Below, in pieces: positions 38,360 through 46,743 of a stretch of DNA of 64,000 nt. Source of the DNA: a virus; the IMG/VR virus record IMGVR_UViG_3300036466_000273, positions 1-64,000 of that record; one strand, written 5' to 3'. Both the position numbers and the translations under genes were made by a program. Position 1 is the stretch's first letter. Every line of letters starts with the position of its first letter. Under the pieces are notes generated by a model. It was not told the origin of the DNA. It saw only the letters and a list, made by a program, of their open reading frames with translations, and did no database searches.

Positions 38360-39639
38360 TGCGGGGTAAAACCTATATAATTGATACAAATGTCTTAGTA
38401 CATGACTTTCATTCCTTTCATAATATACTTACAGATAATGTAGTAGTAATCCCCTATACTGTACTAGAAGAACTTGATAAGTTAAAATCAAAAAACGATG
38501 AAGTAGGGGTAAACGCTAGAAACGTTATTCGTAAGATTGAGCAAGAACAAATAAACAATAACCCTAGAGTCATAATTGCCGAAGTAGATAACTCTATCCC
38601 TGTACCTGATGATCGTATTCTTGAGGTATGCAAAGACCTTAGAGAGGCTGAACCTACTCTAGTGAGCAAAGACGTGTGCCTTCGCACAAAAGCGCGCGCT
38701 TTTGGTATTAGAACAGAAGATTATAAAGCAGATAAAGTAGAAGTATCAAATCTATACACTGGAATGGCTGAGGAAATTTTTGTCCCAGCCGATGTAGTTA
38801 CTAATATTTATCTACGAGGAGAGTATCTTGTAGAGGATATTGCGGGATTGCGTAAACATGTCAAACTTTATCAAAATCAAGCGGTAACGCTTGTAAATGA
38901 TACGGATTTGACTAATAGAGCCTACGCTATCCACAAAAATGGGACACTAGAGTTAATTGACAACAAAGTAAAGCCCTTTGATTTAACTCCTGCAAATCTT
39001 GAGCAACAAATTCTAGTGAATCACTTGCTAGACCCGGAGGTTAGTTTAGTCACCGTAACTGGAGCAGCTGGTAGTGGGAAGACACTAGTTGCAGTTGCTT
39101 GTGCATTAGAGTCTGTAATGACACGTGATGAATACAGTAAAGTAACTGTTGCGAGACCGATAATGCCATTCCAGAAAGATATAGGGTTTCTTCCTGGAGA
39201 CATCGCAGAGAAGGTATCACCCTGGTTTATGCCTATTGTCGATAACTTAGACTTTCTAATGCCAATGGCTAAACAGCCTAAGAGTAAATCAGGTGCTCGA
39301 CTCTCAGCATTTGAAGAACTACAGGCACAAGGAATATTAGAAATGTGCCCTCTTACATTTATTCGAGGACGCAGCATGCCAGACCAGTATATTATAGTTG
39401 ATGAGGCTCAGCAGGTAACTGTAGCTGAAATGAAAACTATTCTTACTCGTGTAGGGCAGGGCACAAAAATTGTACTTACAGGAGACTACAGCCAGATTGA
39501 TAATCCATACCTATCAGCTGACTCTAATGGGCTTGTACATTGTGTTGAAAAGTTTAAAGACGAAAGTATAGCAGCCCACATATCTTTGCAGAAATGCGAG
39601 CGAAGCGAGCTGGCAGAAATATCGAGTAAACTACTATGA
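38359..39639 (+). CDS. phoH: PIN-PhoH fusion (PhoH2-type)
   Basis: IIDTNVL..VLEELD..DDRIL..VSKD PIN; GAAGSGKT, GFLPG, IRGRS, DEAQ, GDYSQID. Confidence 0.92.
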   Translation: MRGKTYIIDTNVLVHDFHSFHNILTDNVVVIPYTVLEELDKLKSKNDEVGVNARNVIRKIEQEQINNNPRVIIAEVDNSIPVPDDRILEVCKDLREAEPTLVSKDVCLRTKARAFGIRTEDYKADKVEVSNLYTGMAEEIFVPADVVTNIYLRGEYLVEDIAGLRKHVKLYQNQAVTLVNDTDLTNRAYAIHKNGTLELIDNKVKPFDLTPANLEQQILVNHLLDPEVSLVTVTGAAGSGKTLVAVACALESVMTRDEYSKVTVARPIMPFQKDIGFLPGDIAEKVSPWFMPIVDNLDFLMPMAKQPKSKSGARLSAFEELQAQGILEMCPLTFIRGRSMPDQYIIVDEAQQVTVAEMKTILTRVGQGTKIVLTGDYSQIDNPYLSADSNGLVHCVEKFKDESIAAHISLQKCERSELAEISSKLL

Positions 39640-40922
39640 AAAAAGCAATCTTATGTAATAGAATCTTTTTAGAGGTTGACGACGAGACTAGAGTTAAACT
39701 AAGAAAAGAACTAACGTATAAGATTCCTCCTACTAGGCGACACGAACCACCTCTTACAATTCGTAATGTGCAAAGCGTTATGAAAGGGGTAATTTCAATT
39801 CCTTCTGGTAGAGAGGATCTGATTCCAGAAGGGTACGAGATAGTTGACAAACGAATTAATAATCCTGTAGAGTTCCCGGAGTTTAAGTACACTCTAAGAG
39901 ATTCTCAGCAAGAGATATACGACCAGATTAATTCTAGTGCAATAATAAATGCTACAGTGTCTTTTGGTAAAACTTTTACAGCTTTAGCTATTGCTGGAAA
40001 GTTAAAACAAAAGACTTTAGTAGTAACCCACACAGTAGCTCTTAGAAATCAGTGGGAGCGAGAAATTAAAAAAGTGTATGGGATTTCTCCAAGTGTTATT
40101 GGTTCTGACAGATTTGAATTAGCTGGGCCAATAGTAGTCGGAAATATACAAACTCTTTATAATAATATTGATCGAATTAAAAAGGAGTTTGGGACTTTAA
40201 TCTTGGACGAAATGCATCACTGCTCAGCGGCTACGTTCTCTAGAGTAGTGGATAGGTCTTGGGCTACCTATAAGATTGGGTTATCTGGCACAATAAAACG
40301 TAAAGATGGTAAGCATGTAGTATTCACGGATTATTTTAGTGACAAGATTTTCCAACCTCCTGTAGAGAACTCTATGGAGCCTGAGATTCATCTTCATAAG
40401 TCTGAGATAAGGCTTATTGATGGGGAAGTCCCCTGGGCTACTAAGATGAATAAGTTGGCTTATGATGAAGATTATCAACATAGTGTCGCTTTATTAGCTT
40501 CCTACTATGCAAGTAAGGGTCATAAGGTTTTGGTGGTATCAGATAGAGTTGAATTTCTTACCACCTGCGCCGAGCTAGTCGGCTCTAATGCTATTAGTGT
40601 TACGGGCGCTATAAAGGATTTTGAAGAGCGTGAATCCTTACTAAAGCAGGTAAGCTTAGGAGAATATAATGTCCTTTGTGGTACACAAAGTATATTCTCG
40701 GAGGGGATATCCTTAAACGAACTGTCTTGTTTAATTATGGCTACCCCTATAAATAATGAACCTTTACTTGAACAGCTAATAGGTAGAATACAACGAATCT
40801 GTGAAGGAAAACCAACCCCCGTAGTAGTAGATATAAATTTACTTGGGGGTATAGCTAAAAGACAGGCGGAAAATAGATTAGGTTTCTATCTTCGTAAAGG
40901 ATGGAAAGTTAGCACCATCTAA
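39636..40922 (+). CDS. D10: SF2 helicase (T5 D10)
   Basis: LRDSQ, FGKT, DEMHH, GLSGT, QLIGRIQR. Confidence 0.92.
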   Translation: MKKAILCNRIFLEVDDETRVKLRKELTYKIPPTRRHEPPLTIRNVQSVMKGVISIPSGREDLIPEGYEIVDKRINNPVEFPEFKYTLRDSQQEIYDQINSSAIINATVSFGKTFTALAIAGKLKQKTLVVTHTVALRNQWEREIKKVYGISPSVIGSDRFELAGPIVVGNIQTLYNNIDRIKKEFGTLILDEMHHCSAATFSRVVDRSWATYKIGLSGTIKRKDGKHVVFTDYFSDKIFQPPVENSMEPEIHLHKSEIRLIDGEVPWATKMNKLAYDEDYQHSVALLASYYASKGHKVLVVSDRVEFLTTCAELVGSNAISVTGAIKDFEERESLLKQVSLGEYNVLCGTQSIFSEGISLNELSCLIMATPINNEPLLEQLIGRIQRICEGKPTPVVVDINLLGGIAKRQAENRLGFYLRKGWKVSTI

Positions 40923-40930
40923 AATTGTTC

Positions 40931-40959
40931 TTGACATTTACCTCAATCTTTAGTATAAT
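40931..40959 (+). promoter_or_regulatory. Early promoter
   Basis: TTGACA-17-TATAAT. Confidence 0.9.
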
Positions 40960-40994
40960 AGTAGTATAAATAATGGTTAGGAAGTATAAAAATT

Positions 40995-41399
40995 ATGGTC
41001 TTTTATAACTGGAGGAGAATTTATGCGCTAACTAATGGGTCGTCTTTCAAAATCTTTGACGTAATTGAGTACTTAACCTACAGAAAATTACCTTGGAATA
41101 AACTATCAAAACACTATTGGGTATCCCAACATGATTGGCATGGAGATAGTTTTCTTATTAATCCGCGAGACTTACTAGAGCAAGGTCAGCTTATAACTAC
41201 TAAGAGAGACATCGCCGAATACGTCGGCTTAGCTAGTATGAGAAACTACGCGGAGTATAAAGTTTTTGGTGACCCAACATTAGACTTCCTCGCCTGTAGT
41301 GGGAAGGAAGACATTATTCAACGGAATAGACTTCTACGATTAGAAGATGGTAGAGTACATTTTCTATACGAAGATGCCGTTCCAAACAAAAAGGAGTAA
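40995..41399 (+). CDS. Conserved T5-like hypothetical protein
   Basis: GDSFLINP..AEYVGLASxRNYAEY..NRLL; synteny before D11. Confidence 0.75.
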   Translation: MVFYNWRRIYALTNGSSFKIFDVIEYLTYRKLPWNKLSKHYWVSQHDWHGDSFLINPRDLLEQGQLITTKRDIAEYVGLASMRNYAEYKVFGDPTLDFLACSGKEDIIQRNRLLRLEDGRVHFLYEDAVPNKKE

Positions 41400-41405
41400 A
41401 GTATT

Positions 41406-42050
41406 ATGGCTATTGCATTTAACAAGACTAATGGTTCAGCGAAAAAAGGTGGAGCAAAGTATTACGAGTACAAGATGGGTGATAATAAAGTACGAATCTT
41501 CGGAGAAGTGCTCCCTCGCTATATTTACTGGGTATCTGGTACAAACGGTAAAAACGTACCTTTTGAATGCCTAGCATTTAATCGAGATACTGAAACATTT
41601 GATAAAGCCGAGCGAGATTATGTACAGGAGATGTATCCAGACCTTCGCTGCAGCTGGTCTTATGCCGTTAAATGTATTCAGGATGGAGAAGTAAAAATTA
41701 TGTCTCTCAAAAAGAAGCTGTTCGAGCAGATTCTCACAGCTGCCGAGGATTTGGGAGACCCTACTGACCTTGAGACAGGCTATGATATCTGTTTTAAAAA
41801 GGTAAAAACTGGAAGTATGGCTTATAATGTGGAATACCAATTCCAGCCTCTCAAGTGTAAGCCTAGTCCAGTAACTGATGAAGAGCGTAAGCTTATTGAA
41901 GAATCAAAGCCTATTGATGAACTGCTTCCTCGTGAATCAGCCGAAGACCAGAAAAAACGACTTGATAAACTTATGAGTATGGTTGATGGTGAAGAGGAGA
42001 AGGAAGAGGAAGTTGATTCTGAAGTAGCTGACGAGTTTGATGTAGAATAA
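41406..42050 (+). CDS. D11: T5 D11-like ssDNA-binding protein
   Basis: LPRYIYW, PFECLAF, LKKKLFEQI, DPTDxETG, acidic tail. Confidence 0.85.
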   Translation: MAIAFNKTNGSAKKGGAKYYEYKMGDNKVRIFGEVLPRYIYWVSGTNGKNVPFECLAFNRDTETFDKAERDYVQEMYPDLRCSWSYAVKCIQDGEVKIMSLKKKLFEQILTAAEDLGDPTDLETGYDICFKKVKTGSMAYNVEYQFQPLKCKPSPVTDEERKLIEESKPIDELLPRESAEDQKKRLDKLMSMVDGEEEKEEEVDSEVADEFDVE

Positions 42051-42051
42051 T

Positions 42052-42978
42052 ATGAAAATACTATTAACAGCAGATTATCATATAAAGTTAGGTCAGAAAA
42101 ACGTGCCTTTTGATTGGGCTGTTAATAGGTTTGAAAGTTTATTTCAGCAAATTCACTCTATTGATTGTGACGTCCATGTGGTAGCCGGTGATATATTTGA
42201 CCGGCTACCATCATTGGATGAGTTAAAAGTATTTTATCAATTCGTACTAGGATGCACTGTAGATACATATATTATTGATGGTAATCATGAGGCTACTAAG
42301 AAAGGGCACACTTTCTTAGAGAAGCTTACTGATATTGTGCAACTATTAAATCCTAAAGTTAGAATTGTCACTAGTATTGAGGAATTTGACTGGGGCACTC
42401 TGCTCCCTTACTGTAAATTAAAGCAGAAGGGAGTTTTTGCGTCTTTGGATAAGAGTAAGCCTCTTTTTACACATGTTAGAGGAGAAATTCCTCCTCATGT
42501 CAAACCAGAAATAGACTTAGACCTATTATCAGATTTTCCAGTAGTTTATGCAGGAGACCTACACTCTCATTCTAATACTCAAAGGAATATAGTATATCCA
42601 GGTTCTCCTATTACTACAAGTTTCCACCGCTCTCTAGTAAGTACAGGATATGTACTAATTGAGGATGCTAGCTGGGAGTGGCATAAATTTGAAGTTCCAC
42701 AATTAATACGTAAGACAGTTACATCAGAAAAAGAGATGATACTGACAGATTACCATCATACTATTTATGAGTATGAAGGAAATCTAGCAGAACTATCAGA
42801 TGTTAAAAATACCGAGTTACTGGATAAGAAAATAGTTAAACGTAGTTCAGAGGCATCTCTAATTCTTACTAATAATATGACTATAGAAGACGAGCTGTCT
42901 GAGTTCTTCCTGTATATTCTAGAGCTGAGCGAAGCTGAAACCAAAGAAGCTATAGGAGTTTTTCGTGATAATATTTAA
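42052..42978 (+). CDS. D12: SbcD/Mre11-like nuclease (T5 D12)
   Basis: ADYHIKLGQK, GDIFD, GNHE, GDLH, YPGSP. Confidence 0.92.
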   Translation: MKILLTADYHIKLGQKNVPFDWAVNRFESLFQQIHSIDCDVHVVAGDIFDRLPSLDELKVFYQFVLGCTVDTYIIDGNHEATKKGHTFLEKLTDIVQLLNPKVRIVTSIEEFDWGTLLPYCKLKQKGVFASLDKSKPLFTHVRGEIPPHVKPEIDLDLLSDFPVVYAGDLHSHSNTQRNIVYPGSPITTSFHRSLVSTGYVLIEDASWEWHKFEVPQLIRKTVTSEKEMILTDYHHTIYEYEGNLAELSDVKNTELLDKKIVKRSSEASLILTNNMTIEDELSEFFLYILELSEAETKEAIGVFRDNI

Positions 42979-44767
42979 AGAGTTAAAATGGGATAACTGC
43001 TTCAGTTATGGAGTTGGTAATTCTCTTAGGCTTGATGGTGATTCCCTCACTCAGCTAGTAGCAGAGAATGGCAGCGGAAAATCCTCTATACCTCTCATTC
43101 TTGAAGAAGTGCTATTCAACAAAAACTTCAAAGGAATCAAAAAGGCGGATATTCCCAACAGGGCAGGGGATGGTACATATAGTATTTCATTATCTTTTGA
43201 AGTCGACGGAGAAGACTATTTAGTTGATTTAAAACGTACTAAAAGTATCAAACTGAAGCTGTTCAAGAATGGGAAGGATATCTCTAGTCATACTGCTACT
43301 AGCACTTTTAAGCAGATTCAAGAAATATTAAAAATTGACTATAAAACATTCACCCAACTAGTCTACCAAGGCAATAACTCAGGGCTTCAATTCCTCACTG
43401 CTACCGATACAACTAGAAAGAAATTTTTAATAGAACTCTTAGGGCTGGAAAAATATGTTGAGTATTATGAAACTTTTAAAGATGTGGCGAGGGAAACAAA
43501 TATTTCAGTTTCTGCGCTTGAGTCTAAGTGTGAAACTATTAAAGGCTGGCTTGAAGATAATAAACTAAAAGACGATAGTGAGTGGGAAATTCAAGAAATT
43601 AATATAAGTACTGAACACTTAGAGAAAGAATTAGCTGAATTAAAAGTATCAAAAGACAACATAGAACAGACTAATCGTAAAATTACCTCTAATAACAGTA
43701 ACAAGAAGCGTCTAGATGAGCTTAGTAATAAACCTAAGATTACTACTGAAACTACTAAAATAGATACGTCTAGTATTAACTCTGAAATAGGCGGTTTAAA
43801 ATCTGAGCAAAGGACAATTAAAGCTCAAGTAGATAAAGTTAAGTCTGTAAACCAAGAATGCCCTACCTGTAAGCAGAAAGTTTCTGAAGAGTTTAAAGAA
43901 AACTACATTTCTAGTAAACGAGAAGAATTTAACAAGCTAAAAGAAAAGCTTGAAAAGCTTAAAACTGAACTAAAGGGTGCACAAGAACATAATAAAGCAA
44001 TAGAAGCCCAACAAGCAAGAGACAAAGAGTTTGAAAAAATCTACCAAACCATTGATAGCTCTCTCCCAGAAGAACTGCTAGTAAAAGATGACCTTGAAGA
44101 ACAAATACAGGCTCTCACTTCTAAGATTAAGGAACAGCGTAGTAAATTAAACACTATAATCGCTAAAAATCAAGAAGCTGAGCGGCATAATACCAAGGTT
44201 AAGTTATACAAAGAACAGAGCGCAAGTTATCTTACTAAACTAAAAGAAGCTGAAGAAGAGCTAAAGGAAGTAAAACATTATCGTAAAAGCGTAGAATTGC
44301 TTAAAAAAGCATTCTCTACTAATGGTTTATTAGCGTATAAGATAGAAAATCTTGTAAAAGAGTTGGAGGATTTAGCTAATACTTATTTAGCTGAGTTAAG
44401 CGACGGTAGATTTACTATAGACTTCTTTGTTGAAAAAGACAAGCTAAATATCAATATTACAGATGAAGGCAAAGATACGCTAATCACCGCTCTTTCCAGC
44501 GGAGAATTAGCACGGGTTAATATAGCTACTCTATTAGCGATAAGAAGTCTAATGAATAGTATTTCTAAATCTAGGATAAATACTTTATTCTTGGATGAAA
44601 TTATTAATACACTAGACGAGTTTGGTAGAGAGAAGTTAATTGAAGTACTTTCTAAAGAAAAGAACTTAAATAGTTTTGTCGTATCACACGGCTGGGAACA
44701 TCCGATGCTAACTAAAGTAGGGATTAGCAAGGAGGAAGGAATAAGTAGAATAGACTATGGCGGTTGA
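42965..44767 (+). CDS. D13: SbcC/Rad50-like ATPase (T5 D13)
   Basis: NGSGKSS, CPTC zinc hook, LSSGE, LFLDE, VSH. Confidence 0.95.
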   Translation: MIIFKELKWDNCFSYGVGNSLRLDGDSLTQLVAENGSGKSSIPLILEEVLFNKNFKGIKKADIPNRAGDGTYSISLSFEVDGEDYLVDLKRTKSIKLKLFKNGKDISSHTATSTFKQIQEILKIDYKTFTQLVYQGNNSGLQFLTATDTTRKKFLIELLGLEKYVEYYETFKDVARETNISVSALESKCETIKGWLEDNKLKDDSEWEIQEINISTEHLEKELAELKVSKDNIEQTNRKITSNNSNKKRLDELSNKPKITTETTKIDTSSINSEIGGLKSEQRTIKAQVDKVKSVNQECPTCKQKVSEEFKENYISSKREEFNKLKEKLEKLKTELKGAQEHNKAIEAQQARDKEFEKIYQTIDSSLPEELLVKDDLEEQIQALTSKIKEQRSKLNTIIAKNQEAERHNTKVKLYKEQSASYLTKLKEAEEELKEVKHYRKSVELLKKAFSTNGLLAYKIENLVKELEDLANTYLAELSDGRFTIDFFVEKDKLNINITDEGKDTLITALSSGELARVNIATLLAIRSLMNSISKSRINTLFLDEIINTLDEFGREKLIEVLSKEKNLNSFVVSHGWEHPMLTKVGISKEEGISRIDYGG

Positions 44768-45209
44768 TAGTAGAGCAAAAGGAGCGCGCGGTGAATACCA
44801 AGCGCGCGACCTATTACGTAAATATACGGATTACCAATGGGAGCGTGTGCCTGCTTCAGGTGCGTTAAGCTACCTCAAAGGGGATCTTTATGTTCCTAAT
44901 GAAGACAATAAGTATATGATTGAAGTTAAAAACTATGAGGAGCCTATCTTCGATCATAAAGTATTCACCAATAAGAGTTCTCCCTTTACAAAGTTCTGGC
45001 AAAAAGCGGTAGAACAAGCAGGAGAACGAAATCAACTTCCAGTATTAGTGTTTAAGCATAACAGAAGTAAATTTTTCGTTGCCGTAGACAAGGAACCTAA
45101 GAATGTAAATAGATTCATGTTCATTAAATGGTTGGACGTGTATGTTCTTATGTTTGAGGAATGGTTGCAGAAAGAGGATATTGAATGGCTAAGAAATTCG
45201 GCGAATTAG
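44757..45209 (+). CDS. D14: T5 D14 Holliday-junction-resolvase-like nuclease
   Basis: DSRAKGARGE, ERVPASGA, KGD, IEVKNY. Confidence 0.9.
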   Translation: MAVDSRAKGARGEYQARDLLRKYTDYQWERVPASGALSYLKGDLYVPNEDNKYMIEVKNYEEPIFDHKVFTNKSSPFTKFWQKAVEQAGERNQLPVLVFKHNRSKFFVAVDKEPKNVNRFMFIKWLDVYVLMFEEWLQKEDIEWLRNSAN

Positions 45210-46021
45210 GAGAAGTTGACAATAGTAGAGTTCTCATTGTTGATGCACTCAACGTCTCTTTTAAATGGAAACACCTGAAACAATGGGACTTTGCCGATGA
45301 TTTTCTTGATTTTTGCAGATCATTAGCACGCTCCTACAAATGCGGGAGAATTCTTATCACAGCGGATAAAGGTTCCTCCAGTTATCGCAAGGAAATTTTC
45401 CCTGACTACAAAGGTAATCGTAAAGATTTACAGGAAAAGCAAACTGAGCAAGAAAAACAAGATTTTGAAATGTTCATCCAAGGCTATAATGACATGCTAG
45501 AAATAGCTGAAGATGAAGGTTATACAGTTTTAGCTTACCAAGGGGTAGAAGCGGATGATATTGCTGCCTATCTTGTCAAATATAAAAACGATTTTGGATT
45601 TGGTAATATCTTTTTAGTAAGTTCTGATAAAGACTGGGACTTGTTGCTTAACCATGAAGTACAGCGATTTTCCCATATGACTAGAAAAGACTATACACTA
45701 GACACTTGGGTAGATAGATACGAATTTCACCATGATGATTATATATCTTATAAGTGTCTGACAGGGGATGCGGGAGATAATGTACCTGGGGTAAACGGAG
45801 TTGGAGATAAACGAGCCACTCAATTAATAGAACAGTATGGTTCAGTATTTGATATTTATGACCAACTTCCGTTACCTGGTAAGCAAAAATTTGTGCAAAA
45901 TCTCAATGACTTTGGCGAACAACTTCTTACTAATGTTGAGTTAATGGATTTATTAACCTATTGTGATGAAGCTATTGGGGAAGATAATATAGCTGATATA
46001 AGGGAGAAACTGAATGACTGA
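45185..46021 (+). CDS. D15: Flap endonuclease / 5'-3' exonuclease (T5 D15)
   Basis: VDALN, YKGNR, GVEADD, SSDKDW, GDAGDNVPG. Confidence 0.95.
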   Translation: MAKKFGELGEVDNSRVLIVDALNVSFKWKHLKQWDFADDFLDFCRSLARSYKCGRILITADKGSSSYRKEIFPDYKGNRKDLQEKQTEQEKQDFEMFIQGYNDMLEIAEDEGYTVLAYQGVEADDIAAYLVKYKNDFGFGNIFLVSSDKDWDLLLNHEVQRFSHMTRKDYTLDTWVDRYEFHHDDYISYKCLTGDAGDNVPGVNGVGDKRATQLIEQYGSVFDIYDQLPLPGKQKFVQNLNDFGEQLLTNVELMDLLTYCDEAIGEDNIADIREKLND

Positions 46022-46283
46022 TAAAGACCTAGATAAAGAGCTTGAAATTATAATCAAGAATACAAAGTCAATTGAATCTCTTAGAGCATTATATAACATT
46101 AACAAGACTTTAGAGGACAGAAAAGCAGAAAAACTTGATGAATTAGAGCAAAAAATACGTGCACTGACAGAGGAACATGATAAACTCGCTCAAAAAAGTT
46201 CACCTTGGGCATTATCATATTCAGAGATAATAAAACGCAGAATATCAGAACTAATAGTAGGAGACGACGAATGCTCAGAATAG
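46014..46283 (+). CDS. Hypothetical coiled-coil protein
   Basis: Coupled ORF between D15 and dut. Confidence 0.6.
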   Translation: MTDKDLDKELEIIIKNTKSIESLRALYNINKTLEDRKAEKLDELEQKIRALTEEHDKLAQKSSPWALSYSEIIKRRISELIVGDDECSE

Positions 46284-46684
46284 TAACAGACGACCCTAAT
46301 CAATTTCAGAAAGCCCATTCCGTGGATGCGGGATATGATATTCTTTCTTCCGAGGATAAAAAAGTCAGTGCCGGTAGCCGTGCATTAATTTCCACAGGTT
46401 TACGTGTGGCTATTCCGGAAGGGTACGTAGGAATTATTAAACCACGTAGTGGGCTTTCAGTAAAACATAACATAGATATTGGTGCCGGGGTAGTTGATAG
46501 CGGGTATACTGGTGAAGTAAAAGTATGCTTTATAAATAATGGAAAAGTACCTTACCATATCAAAAAAGGAAACAAAATAGCTCAGATGGTAGTAGCTTTA
46601 ATTTACCAAGATACGGTGGAGAAAGTTGATTCACTGGATGAATCGGAACGATCTGAGGGTGGATTCAACTCTAGTGGTTACTAG
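46271..46684 (+). CDS. dut: dUTPase
   Basis: AGYD, PRSGL, GVVDSGYTGE, IAQMV, RxxGGFxSSG; AGGAG SD before ATG 46271. Confidence 0.95.
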   Translation: MLRIVTDDPNQFQKAHSVDAGYDILSSEDKKVSAGSRALISTGLRVAIPEGYVGIIKPRSGLSVKHNIDIGAGVVDSGYTGEVKVCFINNGKVPYHIKKGNKIAQMVVALIYQDTVEKVDSLDESERSEGGFNSSGY

Positions 46685-46731
46685 TAGTAAACCTATGATA
46701 TTTTTACATAGTAGTAAACCTACGAGATTTT
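46682..46731. repeat. 23-bp direct repeat x2 (27-bp period) upstream of RNR
   Basis: TAGTAGTAAACCTAyGAkATTTT at 46682 and 46709. Confidence 0.8.
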
Positions 46732-46743
46732 GAAAGGATACAA

